The translations under genes and the position numbers were made by a program. Below are positions 47,081-55,852 of a stretch of 64,000 nt of DNA, one piece after another. The number at the start of each line of letters is the position of its first letter. Within the stretch, counting starts at the first letter, position 1. Source of the DNA: a virus; IMG/VR virus record IMGVR_UViG_3300044801_000187, positions 5,952-69,951 of that record; one strand, 5' to 3'. The notes under the pieces were generated by a model. It worked only from the letters and a program-made list of their open reading frames with translations, did not search any database and had not been told where the DNA came from.

Positions 47081-47338
47081 TCATTCCTTCTTCATAGACT
47101 CCGCGACCGCTTTGATCGCTTCCATGATTTCGTCTGTGGGTGGTTCCCAACCAAAGGACACCCACACACGAAGTCCCATCAGGTAAGCTTCCACCGTCCA
47201 ATCCCGCATCTTCCGGTCGTAGTCAATCCACAGGCTGATGAACGTGAAGTCCACCCAGTTGTAGTCCTTCGGTTTGAAAATGGCGTTCCATTGACAGGCG
47301 GTGAAACCCGCTGTCCAGTATTCTCCGTATCCAAGCAT
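47081..47338 (-). CDS. Hypothetical protein (lower-GC paralog of the 46872 gene)
   Basis: MLGYGEYWTAGFTACQW versus MLGYGNWWTAGFSACQW. Confidence 0.65.
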   Translation of the reverse strand: MLGYGEYWTAGFTACQWNAIFKPKDYNWVDFTFISLWIDYDRKMRDWTVEAYLMGLRVWVSFGWEPPTDEIMEAIKAVAESMKKE

Positions 47339-47712
47339 TAGTGTTTCCCTTTCCGTGAGATTACCCAATCAAGGTAGCGAATAACCTTCGACGCCCACGA
47401 CTGCTTCTCAGCGTATTGAGCACGAAGTTTCTTCGCGATCTTCAACGCCTCCGCTCGTGCTTCTTTCTTCGTCTTGCAGATGAAGCCGTTGCATGTGTGA
47501 ATGCTCCCCGGTTTGTCATCCGGGTCATCGGGATCAACTGAGTCCGGGTGTTCTGTTGCCCAGTGCTGACTGAACGCGGTGTAGCCGCTGCCGTCTTCAC
47601 ACTCACCTGTCACCGTAATGAGTTCTGGCTTGCCCCACTCCCCACCGCCGATCCAATAGATTTTGTCGCCGACCTTAGCCGGACAAACTTCGCGTTGTTT
47701 CCACTGCGCCAT
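47338..47712 (-). CDS. Hypothetical protein
   Basis: 124 aa ORF translationally coupled on both sides. Confidence 0.6.
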   Translation of the reverse strand: MAQWKQREVCPAKVGDKIYWIGGGEWGKPELITVTGECEDGSGYTAFSQHWATEHPDSVDPDDPDDKPGSIHTCNGFICKTKKEARAEALKIAKKLRAQYAEKQSWASKVIRYLDWVISRKGKH

Positions 47713-47987
47713 TATTCGTCCTCGCTGGCGTCGTGCCAGTTCAACTCGTTCATCGCCTTACGCATCTTCTCCGGGTCATCTCCTAGCGCGTCCGCGATTA
47801 GCATCTTCGTGCGATCTGACGGCTCTGAGATCGGATAGTGCTCCGCCTCGAACTTCTCGATGGCCGCTGTCAGGCGATCAATGTAACCAACTTCGGCGTC
47901 CGTAGGTTTTTCCTTGTCGGACAGCAGTTCGAGTTCTTGAAGAGCGCGTTCGTTTTCTTCTTCAGTGGTAATGACTATTTCGTCCAT
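47712..47987 (-). CDS. HigA-like antitoxin N-terminal domain without HTH
   Basis: ITTEEENERALQELELL...L.AAIEKFEAEHYPI; RBS AGAGGG. Confidence 0.55.
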   Translation of the reverse strand: MDEIVITTEEENERALQELELLSDKEKPTDAEVGYIDRLTAAIEKFEAEHYPISEPSDRTKMLIADALGDDPEKMRKAMNELNWHDASEDE

Positions 47988-47988
47988 G

Positions 47989-48651
47989 TTAGTCCCTCTT
48001 TTTGCAGTTATCGAAATGCCAACGTAAAATATTTGGTGGTGTCCCCTTGTGGTCACAGTGCGGGCAAACAATTTGTTCTGGTCGCTTTCCACAATTTTCA
48101 AAGTGCCAACGCTTCATGTTGACATATTGACCGCACTTACCACAGCGTGGGCACTTGACCTCTTTTTTGTTCAACTCATGGAAGCCCATATTGGCTACGT
48201 GCTTTTTCGTTTTTGGCTTTCCTTTCAATCGACTTGATTGAGCATCACGGTATTCCTTTGTTGGTGCTGGTGGATGCCAACCAATTTTCCGTCTACGTGC
48301 AGCTTCTTTCTTAGCCGCCTGCGACATTTTTCTTCGAGTTTCAAGGGACTTTGGACCTTCTTTCAAAAATTTGCCGCACACGTTTTGGTTTAACCAATCT
48401 GCTCGACGTAATACATCTAGCCGCCGTAACACTCGTTCCTCCCATGCGCGGGCTTGTTGTCCTGTTGCAAACACTTTCCGAACTTCAAACTCAAAGCTGT
48501 CCCTGCCGTATGAAGCAATCCTTCGAGCAATGACTTTGGACGAAGAGAAATACGTCACCCAAAGTTCTACTGGATTACAGCCTTTAGCGTATCTGACGCC
48601 GTAGTACTTCTCACCTGTGATTTTATTCCTCAAATAGTATGTGTATGGCAT
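47989..48651 (-). CDS. GIY-YIG-like homing endonuclease with C-terminal CPxC repeats
   Basis: YTYYLRNKITGEKYYGVR...YFSSS...WE..VL...WLN; low GC. Confidence 0.7.
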   Translation of the reverse strand: MPYTYYLRNKITGEKYYGVRYAKGCNPVELWVTYFSSSKVIARRIASYGRDSFEFEVRKVFATGQQARAWEERVLRRLDVLRRADWLNQNVCGKFLKEGPKSLETRRKMSQAAKKEAARRRKIGWHPPAPTKEYRDAQSSRLKGKPKTKKHVANMGFHELNKKEVKCPRCGKCGQYVNMKRWHFENCGKRPEQIVCPHCDHKGTPPNILRWHFDNCKKRD

Positions 48652-48692
48652 ACGCAGTCCCTATTATACGCTACGTATTACACTTTTTGGGA

Positions 48693-49340
48693 CTAATCCC
48701 ACAACGAGTGGTAGTGCTCAGCGAACAGAGCCATCCCTTCCTCGAAGATTTTCTGGTCGCGCTCCTCGAGCTTGGAGGAGGCGGCCATGCGGGCGTCGGC
48801 CCTCGCCTCGGCCTCAGGCGTGCGGGGGCGGTCGAGCGGGTACTCCCCGAGCTCGTCCTCGTACAGGCCCTCTTGGATGCGGCGGCTGGCCTCGAAGGCG
48901 GCGACTATCTTGTCGAGGGCGGCGTCCCAGCGGTCCTCCGCGATCTTGAAGGTCTCGTCGGAGTGGGTGTAGCCGTCGTCGTTCTCGGTGGGCAGCCCCT
49001 CGAACATGGTTCCGGGGATGCCGTGCTTGTCCTCTTTGAGCTTGCGCAGCATGGCTGGCATCTTGTCGTCCAGCCACCAGTCGATGCTCCACGCGGCGCG
49101 GTCGTCCCAGCCGCGTGTGAGGCGCTGCCAGGCGTACTTGGCGGAGTAGTAGGCGTCGGACGGGGCGTCCCAGGCTCGTTTGGACCAGCGGCGGGCGAAC
49201 CAGTAGGCTCGGGTGCGGGCGGGGTCGTGGCACTCCTCGAACAGGGACTCGAACGGTACGAGGCGGCACTCCTCGGAGGGGGTGGTGTTGCGGAGCCAGC
49301 AGTCCAGGCGGACCAGGCCCTTCTTGATCTTCTCGAACAT
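48693..49340 (-). CDS. Phage hypothetical protein
   Basis: 215 aa ORF; RBS GGAG. Confidence 0.7.
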   Translation of the reverse strand: MFEKIKKGLVRLDCWLRNTTPSEECRLVPFESLFEECHDPARTRAYWFARRWSKRAWDAPSDAYYSAKYAWQRLTRGWDDRAAWSIDWWLDDKMPAMLRKLKEDKHGIPGTMFEGLPTENDDGYTHSDETFKIAEDRWDAALDKIVAAFEASRRIQEGLYEDELGEYPLDRPRTPEAEARADARMAASSKLEERDQKIFEEGMALFAEHYHSLWD

Positions 49341-49518
49341 GACGATGCTCTCCTAGTTACTACTAACGAAATCGCATTGTCATGCTCTCTCCTTGGGCTG
49401 GTTTGCCCCAGCGTGACCCCACACGCCAGAGCCTATTTGTAGACCGCTGCTAAGCGGATGCCTTATCGCCTTGCGGCGTATCGGGTCGGACATGTCCTAA
49501 TAATACCACGGAAAGGCG

Positions 49519-49549
49519 AAAAATAGGCGGGAGCATGGCTGCCCCCGCC
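49519..49549 (-). terminator. Intrinsic terminator
   Basis: GGCGGGGGCA-GCCA-TGCTCCCGCC-TATTTTT on the minus strand. Confidence 0.65.
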
Positions 49550-49620
49550 CCGTAGGCGCTCCGTGCCCGCCGGGTCTGAGCCCTCCTGCGGCGCTCCGGG
49601 CTGGTATGAAATGAACGTCT

Positions 49621-49752
49621 CTACTTAAAGGTTCCCGTATCTGCCGCCCTGATGGCGGCCGACAAGAACTTGCCCCGCGCCCATCCGAGGACGTTGTAGG
49701 AGGCAATCAGGAACCTGATCCAGTACCGCTTAAAACCCTTGTGGGTGTTCAT
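49621..49752 (-). CDS. Small hypothetical peptide (43 aa)
   Basis: RBS AGGGGG; MNTHKGFKRYWIRFLIASY... Confidence 0.4.
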   Translation of the reverse strand: MNTHKGFKRYWIRFLIASYNVLGWARGKFLSAAIRAADTGTFK

Positions 49753-49770
49753 GTTGCCCCCTGTGTTCTG

Positions 49771-50691
49771 TTACATGGATGTGCGCCGCGACCGCCCCTT
49801 CGTCCGCCCCACCGCTCCGGTTCCCTGTTTCTTCCCCTCGTCCAGAAGCGCCCGCATCACCTTCGGCCTGCCCTGCGCCGCGTAGTAGCGGTTGGAGAGC
49901 TTGTCGTTGACGCCCGTGTCGTCCTGGCCCTCCCACATGCGCTCCTTCCAGTGCACGACCGCCGCCGCGCCCTTCGGCCCGATCTGCGGGTGCCACACGT
50001 GGAGCACCTGCCCGGGCAGGGTCTTGTGCGGGCCGTAGAGCGTGTCCATGGCCCTCATGGCCGCGTGGTCCTCGCCACCCCAGCCACGGAACCTCTCGTC
50101 CCAGCCGCCCACGGCCTCGAACGCCTCGCGGGGCATGATCTGGAGCATGGCCCCGTACCAGTGCCCGACCGCCGGGTCCGTGTCGCCAAGGACGTGCTCC
50201 TGGGCCAGCGGCTCGGAGAACGGGAAGGGGGACCTCGGGTCCGACGCGAGCAGGAGCCTGGACGCCTCCTCCGTCATGCGGAAGAACAGCCTGTACGGCA
50301 CGAACCAGAGCCTCTGGCCCTTCTTCCTCGCGGACCTGATCTCCTCGACGCAGTGCATCACGGAGTCGGCGGAGACGTAGCCGTCCGCGTCCGCGATCAC
50401 GAACACGTCACCCCTCGCCTTCGCGGCGGCGTTGTTCACCGCCACGGACTTGGAGAACGGCAGGTCCGTCTCGGGGTCGTCGCCCATGACGACCTCGGCC
50501 CCTGGGAGCTGCGCCTTCCAGTAGCTCTTCAGCCACTCCACGTTCCGCACCCTCGGGTTGCCCCTGTCAGGGCAGCGGAACGGGATCAGGATGCTGACCC
50601 CGCGCCCGCGCCTCGGCCACAGCGCGGCCGCCGCGACGCTCGCGCCCGCCGCCCCGAGGAGTGCTGCCTCGACCATCATGTGCGGGTTCAT
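49771..50691 (-). CDS. Glycosyltransferase (GT-A fold, GT2/GT7-like)
   Basis: SILIPFR, VIADAD and GGWDERFRGWGGED..HVWH. Confidence 0.8.
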   Translation of the reverse strand: MNPHMMVEAALLGAAGASVAAAALWPRRGRGVSILIPFRCPDRGNPRVRNVEWLKSYWKAQLPGAEVVMGDDPETDLPFSKSVAVNNAAAKARGDVFVIADADGYVSADSVMHCVEEIRSARKKGQRLWFVPYRLFFRMTEEASRLLLASDPRSPFPFSEPLAQEHVLGDTDPAVGHWYGAMLQIMPREAFEAVGGWDERFRGWGGEDHAAMRAMDTLYGPHKTLPGQVLHVWHPQIGPKGAAAVVHWKERMWEGQDDTGVNDKLSNRYYAAQGRPKVMRALLDEGKKQGTGAVGRTKGRSRRTSM

Positions 50692-51458
50692 CCCAGTTCC
50701 TTCCCCAGCGCCCTGTAGGCGTCGTAGATTGCGAATTTCACATCCTCCACCCTGAACCTGGAGGCCTCCGACATCTTCCCCGGCTCCCACTTCGTCTGAA
50801 TGGACGCGCTGTAGTCCCTGAACTTGAAGTCCCCGCCGTCCTTCGCCAGGGTCTTCGCCACCTCGACGCGGCGCGGGATGCCGAAGGCGTCGCTGACGAT
50901 CATGCCGTGCAGGGACGAGGTCACGATCCGCTTGCAGCCGCCGACCTGGCGGAGCACGTTGAGCGGGTCGCCGCCCGGGTCGATCACCTTGATCACAGTG
51001 CCCTTGGGCATGAGCGCGGTGAAGCGGGGCACCAGCTCGGCGTCGCTGAAGTGCGGGAGGATACCGAGGTCCCACTGCTTTTCTTGGAGGCCGACCAGCT
51101 CGTCCGCCAGTATCCCCGGGTCGCCGAGGGCGTAGTTGCCGGGCACGCAGCGGGCGGTCAGCGGCCCGCGCAGGGCCAGTATCTTGGCCGTGACGCCCGA
51201 CTTCATCTGGTGAATCTGTAGCCTGGAGTTCTCGAGCAGCATGCCCGAGCCGAGGATGTAGCCGTCCCACAGCGGCGGGATGTGCTCAAGGATGGAGCCG
51301 ATGGACGCCACCCGCGAGCGCGAGACGGTGTCCCAGGCCACCCTGATCCCCGCGAAACGCTCAAGCAAGAGGGGGGCCAGGGCGTCGCCGAAGTTCGGGA
51401 CTTCGCGCCACCAGTACGCCTTGACCGGGGTTGGGCTGAATGGGTTGATGAGTTTCAC
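50688..51458 (-). CDS. Polysaccharide pyruvyl transferase family protein
   Basis: NFGD, IGSIL, LRGPLT, LGDPG and SSLHGMI..DAFGIP. Confidence 0.85.
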   Translation of the reverse strand: MKLINPFSPTPVKAYWWREVPNFGDALAPLLLERFAGIRVAWDTVSRSRVASIGSILEHIPPLWDGYILGSGMLLENSRLQIHQMKSGVTAKILALRGPLTARCVPGNYALGDPGILADELVGLQEKQWDLGILPHFSDAELVPRFTALMPKGTVIKVIDPGGDPLNVLRQVGGCKRIVTSSLHGMIVSDAFGIPRRVEVAKTLAKDGGDFKFRDYSASIQTKWEPGKMSEASRFRVEDVKFAIYDAYRALGKELG

Positions 51459-51527
51459 CGCAGGCCTCTACTGAGGATTTTCGATGCGGCGAAATTTTTG
51501 GATTGGCGGGCGGAGGGTTTCGAGGGG

Positions 51528-52151
51528 TTACGTTTTGAGGGCGGGGTACTCGGATTCGTCCCGCGTGGACCCAACGGCGGTCACGGTGACTTCCTCGCCG
51601 TTGACGACCATCGTGTCGCCGGGCTTGACCGGCTCCCGGACGGGCGCGTCCGTCGACAGCGTGACGGGGCTCTCGCCGGGCACGACGAGCGGCACCTCGT
51701 GCGTGTGCTTCAGGTCCTTCGGGAGGTTGCAGTTCGGGTCGGTGCACTCGACGAACTCGGTGGCTGGCTGCACGGGCGTCTGCTTGGGCGCGTCCTGGAG
51801 CTCGTAGGCGAAGGTGAACTCCGTGGCGGTCGTCACGTCCTGGCCGTCCGGCACCTCCCACTTGATGTTGATGCGCTTGTCCTGGTAGGCCTCCAGCTCG
51901 CCCTTAGTCATGACGACGTTGTCCCCGAGCTTCTTGATGAGCGCGGCGGCGAGGACGGACAGGCGGCTGTTCTGAGAGTACATCTCGCGGAACTGGCCGA
52001 TGAACTGGCCGACGACGGTCTTGGGGTCGTTCTTGAGCGCGTAGTTCTCCGCCTCAAGCTGCTCGGCGTGCTTCTTGCAGGACACCAGCATGCTCTTCTT
52101 GACCGCGTTCTGCTGCCGGACCAGGTCAAGCCCTTTTGCGCGTTTTCCCAT
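51528..52151 (-). CDS. Hypothetical protein
   Basis: 207 aa high-GC3 ORF; RBS GGAGAGG. Confidence 0.65.
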   Translation of the reverse strand: MGKRAKGLDLVRQQNAVKKSMLVSCKKHAEQLEAENYALKNDPKTVVGQFIGQFREMYSQNSRLSVLAAALIKKLGDNVVMTKGELEAYQDKRINIKWEVPDGQDVTTATEFTFAYELQDAPKQTPVQPATEFVECTDPNCNLPKDLKHTHEVPLVVPGESPVTLSTDAPVREPVKPGDTMVVNGEEVTVTAVGSTRDESEYPALKT

Positions 52152-52398
52152 TTTGCCTCTCCTTAGCTTTTTTCAGTATAGCTCGGGTCTCGCCCTCGTC
52201 CACCCTGCGGACGCCAGCGACCGGGGGCCTGACGGGGTAGCGGGTCACGGGGTCGGCCAGCGCCCTGTCGTAGTGCGCCTTCATCGAGCAGTTCACGCAC
52301 ACGTGCTTCCCGTTGCGGATTTCCTCTTCGCTGCCTTCGCAGGGCCAGTGCATCAGCCACTCGGGCGTCGTGCAGCCCTCCGTCGCGCACCTGACCAT
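52126..52398 (-). CDS. Small Cys-rich hypothetical protein
   Basis: C...C...CVNC. Confidence 0.5.
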   Translation of the reverse strand: MVRCATEGCTTPEWLMHWPCEGSEEEIRNGKHVCVNCSMKAHYDRALADPVTRYPVRPPVAGVRRVDEGETRAILKKAKERQNGKTRKRA

Positions 52399-52434
52399 GC
52401 ACCAGTTGCTAGGACCGATCATACCACCGCCGTG

Positions 52435-52719
52435 TCAAAAGTCACCATCGTCGCCTTCATCCGAGTCTATGTCCAGGTCGATGTCTTCCTCGGGGGTGTC
52501 CTCACCCTCGAACTCGGCGGTTGGCGTCCACGAGCCCTCGCCGTGTTCCGCCTCGAACTCGTCGAAACACTCCGCGCAGAGCCACAGGGCTATGCGGCCG
52601 CTCAAGCTCTGCTGCCTGAAGCGGGCTGGCTTGCCGCAGGCCTCAGGGTCGTCGGCCTTCTCCGTGACTTGGAAGCCGTGGACGGAGCGGCGGACTATCC
52701 TCTGGCAGGTCTGGGGCAC
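52435..52719 (-). CDS. Small Zn-finger-like protein with acidic tail
   Basis: C..CGKP..LCAECF. Confidence 0.5.
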   Translation of the reverse strand: MPQTCQRIVRRSVHGFQVTEKADDPEACGKPARFRQQSLSGRIALWLCAECFDEFEAEHGEGSWTPTAEFEGEDTPEEDIDLDIDSDEGDDGDF

Positions 52720-52722
52720 GGC

Positions 52723-53040
52723 CTATTTCGCGACCTTGCGGAGCGGAGCTCCGTGCTGCTCCATGCAGCGGACGGCGAGCGCCGCGACCTTGCAGACCTC
52801 GTGGAGGGAGATTGGGAACTCGTCGGGGCTGGCCGCGTCGGTGTGGTGCGTCCACTTCTCCTGGGCCTGCGCCGCGTACTGGTTGAGCATGAGGACGAAC
52901 TCGCCGAGCGTGTGGGCGCGGTAGTAGCGCCGCTCCGGCATGACGAAGTTGTCCTGGTAGTCGCGCTCCGAGTCGATGGCCCTGTAGACCTCGGGCCTCG
53001 TCGTCACGCACGTCTCTACGTCCCTCGGTTCCGTCGCCAT
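52723..53040 (-). CDS. Hypothetical protein
   Basis: AIDSERDYQD...KVAALAVRCMEQHG. Confidence 0.6.
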   Translation of the reverse strand: MATEPRDVETCVTTRPEVYRAIDSERDYQDNFVMPERRYYRAHTLGEFVLMLNQYAAQAQEKWTHHTDAASPDEFPISLHEVCKVAALAVRCMEQHGAPLRKVAK

Positions 53041-53045
53041 TGTCG

Positions 53046-53309
53046 CTATACCTTCCCCGTGCCCTGGCACGTCGGGCAGACCTTGGTGCCGACCACGCGG
53101 GCGCTGGTGTCCACGAGGGGCTGGCCCGGCTTGATCTCCGCGCCGATCTTCTTGTCGAAGAACTTGTCCCAGTAGTGCTCGATCCCCACGGAGTCCGTGT
53201 AGATGAGGTCGTCGTACTTCCTGAACACCTCGCCGTCGGACGTGGTGAACGACGCGCCCCTCGTGATCTGCGAGAATCTCGTTGCTGGTCCTGCTGGTTG
53301 GTCCGCCAT
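53046..53309 (-). CDS. Hypothetical protein with C-terminal CxxCxGxG
   Basis: CPTCQGTG; RBS GGAG. Confidence 0.6.
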   Translation of the reverse strand: MADQPAGPATRFSQITRGASFTTSDGEVFRKYDDLIYTDSVGIEHYWDKFFDKKIGAEIKPGQPLVDTSARVVGTKVCPTCQGTGKV

Positions 53310-53328
53310 GTGGTGTTTCTCCTGCGTC

Positions 53329-53731
53329 CTAATACTCTGAAATCCTTAACTTCGTTTGTACGGCGTCCGCGAGTACGCCGTAAAACCCGAAATGCTCTCC
53401 CCTGACCCGTACCTGCCACTTCCCCTTCTGTCTGCTCCAGACAACGCCTTTGTGCCCGGATCGTCCTGGCGGGTGTGACGCGCTGATCCTGTCTTTGATT
53501 TCCTGGGCGAGGTGCCTGCCGAGGCAGTTGGTGTTGCTCATCATCCGCTCGGACAGGCCTTTGCGTGTCGCCGCCGAGTGCGTCCATCCCCTCCCGCGAG
53601 TGGCCTTGCCTTTTTTAGAACGCCGTATTTTTTGGCGACTCTTTTTAGTCCCCTATCCTTCGCTTTGTCTCTTCAGTGTGCTTGAGCCCAAGCCTGCCCT
53701 CTCCGCCCTCCGTTAAGTTCGTCAGGCGGCA
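53329..53731 (-). pseudogene. Degraded homing endonuclease remnant (NUMOD3/AP2-like)
   Basis: LTNLTEGGEG..HTEETKRRI*, then a frameshifted SGHKGVVW...KW segment. Confidence 0.55.
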
Positions 53732-53798
53732 TTCTGTGCCTCTCATCCTAATACTGCATTTATGTGGATTTTTCAGCTAATTTCTTACGTTCGGTGGT

Positions 53799-54608
53799 TT
53801 GTCACGAAAGAAAGACAATTGTCACGATAAAAAGCGACTACCATCCGTATTATATAGAATGAAATCACGAACATGCATCACCTGTAACACCGAATTTTCG
53901 TATATCTCTCAAACAGGCGGACGAAGATTCCACTGTTCACCCGAGTGCAGGGCCAAATACAAAGAACAGCGTGCTCAAGAACGGAAACGAGCGAAGAGGG
54001 GGCTCACACGGCATCGAACCTGTCCTGTGTGCAAAAATCCGTTTTCTTATGAAATCGGGCAGGGGAAAGACAGGAAATTCTGTTCGCCCGAGTGTTACGC
54101 TGAGAACGCGCTGCGACTAAAAAAGGAATACCCCAAGCGATACGCCCCCTGTAGCACCGAGGGGTGTAAAAATCTAGCGAACCGTGTCGGGCTGGAACTT
54201 TGCGAAGCTTGCTATGGTCGCCTTCGCAGAAATGGGAGTGTGGCACGACGCGGGGCTAAGCTACGCAGTAAAAACAAAGCGGGATATATCAGTTTGATTA
54301 TGGATCACCCCCTGGCCAGTCCTAGTACAGGATGTGTTTATGAACACCGAAAAGTGGTTTTTGACAGAGTTGGAGCAGGACCCCACCCTTGTTACTGGTG
54401 CGGAAAAATTCTTGAGTGGTCCCGTATCGTCATTGACCATTTGAATGAAGTAAAAGACGATAACAGGTTTGAAAATTTAGCAATCTCGTGCAGCCCATGC
54501 AACCGTGCGAGAGGCGCGATACTTCCATTCATCAAGCGAATGCAAAAAGAATCATTTCTCACGTTCGTTCAGTGTGCGACCTTGTGGAATCAGGCGGGGG
54601 TTGCTTAA
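53799..54608 (+). CDS. HNH homing endonuclease
   Basis: YEHRKV..CYWCG..IDHLNEVKDDNRFENL..SC..CN; low GC. Confidence 0.75.
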   Translation: MSRKKDNCHDKKRLPSVLYRMKSRTCITCNTEFSYISQTGGRRFHCSPECRAKYKEQRAQERKRAKRGLTRHRTCPVCKNPFSYEIGQGKDRKFCSPECYAENALRLKKEYPKRYAPCSTEGCKNLANRVGLELCEACYGRLRRNGSVARRGAKLRSKNKAGYISLIMDHPLASPSTGCVYEHRKVVFDRVGAGPHPCYWCGKILEWSRIVIDHLNEVKDDNRFENLAISCSPCNRARGAILPFIKRMQKESFLTFVQCATLWNQAGVA

Positions 54609-54612
54609 AGAT

Positions 54613-54996
54613 ATGACTAGAAAAGGTCAACAATTCTCGTGGGATTCATTCCCCGCTCGTAAAGACGCTGAGGGCTACCATTGCCGGAAATGCGGCGTGA
54701 TGCTGACGGGCCGTAAGACCGCATGGTGCAGTAAAGAATGTCTTAAGGAAGTTCGTCTGCTGGTGGACTGGAGTTACATCCGATCTCGTATCCTCCGACG
54801 CGATAAATGGAAGTGTCAAATTTGCGGCGGACGTGCTACGGATGTAGATCACATTATAGAACTCGCAGACGGGGGATCATTCCATGATTGGAGCAACCTG
54901 CGTGCGATATGCGTTATCCCATGTCACCGAGAAAAAACCGCACGTTCGCGCAAAGAACGTGCTGAAAAGAAAAAACAGGAACTTAAGATTCGGTAG
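54613..54996 (+). CDS. HNH endonuclease
   Basis: RDKWKCQICG..VDHII..GG...NL..IC..CH..KT. Confidence 0.75.
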   Translation: MTRKGQQFSWDSFPARKDAEGYHCRKCGVMLTGRKTAWCSKECLKEVRLLVDWSYIRSRILRRDKWKCQICGGRATDVDHIIELADGGSFHDWSNLRAICVIPCHREKTARSRKERAEKKKQELKIR

Positions 54997-55341
54997 TGGT
55001 CTCTTTCTTTGCTACGCCCCAGAGGGCCCGTAAGTCCCGTGATTTCCAGTTCATAGAGACTCCGCAGCTTGATGCGATGATATTCAAGTGCTCCCTCAAC
55101 CGACCCGTGTTCGCCACGGGAGATGCTCAGGGCGGCACGCATGGCATCCTTCACGCGGGTCAACGACTCACGCCGCTTGTCCTCATCGCGATATTCCTTC
55201 CGCAGGCGGTTGATGTGCTCGTAACGGCGCGACGCAGTACGAGCAGTTCGAGGGGACGCTGGGCGTGGCCCCGGGCGACGGGCAGGGCGACAGGGCCGTG
55301 TCGGCGACGGGTGGAGGTAGCATGAAGGTGCCATCCCGCGC

Positions 55342-55376
55342 CCGGACGAAAAAGCCCGCCCGCCCGCCCGTATACT
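55342..55376 (+). promoter_or_regulatory. Putative promoter CCGGAC-N23-TATACT with a (GCCC)4 spacer
   Basis: Same boxes as the other three copies; spacer longer by one 4-nt unit. Confidence 0.55.
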
Positions 55377-55393
55377 GTGGACGGAGGGAACAC

Positions 55394-55804
55394 ATGAAAA
55401 CGATTCTGGCGGTCATCGGGATTCTGGTTCTGGCAGTGGTCAGCTTCGGTGTCATCGAAAACCATCAGGAACTCAGTCGCCAAGATGCGGCCCGCACCGC
55501 CGTCCGCGCCGAGAAACTGGACTCTTGCCTCGCGCTGGCTGACGACGCTTTGGACGGCATCCTCGCGGCTTTCAACGGCATCCTCGCGTGCAACTCCGCT
55601 GACGCCAACCACGAGTTTGACGGACTGGCGAAACGCGCCGACTGGAACGCCAAGGTGAAGCGGATGGAAGCCAAGGTTCAAGCCGATGCACAGCGCAGTG
55701 TGAAGTACAGCGAGTGCGTTGACAGCGTGGTGCGCACTCACCCCAATCCCGCCGACTCAGCAGCCGATGCCTTCGGCGCGTGCGCCTCAAAATATCTGTT
55801 CTAA
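55394..55804 (+). CDS. Secreted or membrane-anchored hypothetical protein
   Basis: RBS GGAGG; hydrophobic N-terminus MKTILAVIGILVLAVVSFG. Confidence 0.65.
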   Translation: MKTILAVIGILVLAVVSFGVIENHQELSRQDAARTAVRAEKLDSCLALADDALDGILAAFNGILACNSADANHEFDGLAKRADWNAKVKRMEAKVQADAQRSVKYSECVDSVVRTHPNPADSAADAFGACASKYLF

Positions 55805-55852
55805 CTGGAGGAAACACGACCGCAGTCCGGAAACTCACATGCACCCGTCATG

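Noticed and set aside
49385-49420. GGTCACGC...GGGCAAACCA on the minus strand resembles the start of a c-di-GMP-I riboswitch
   Set aside because: The downstream GAAA tetraloop and GACGCAAAGC elements are absent; kept only as a generic structured leader.
52110-52151. LDLVRQQ shared between the 52151 and 22920 ORFs
   Set aside because: The match is short, the codons differ and the contexts are unrelated, so it is probably chance.
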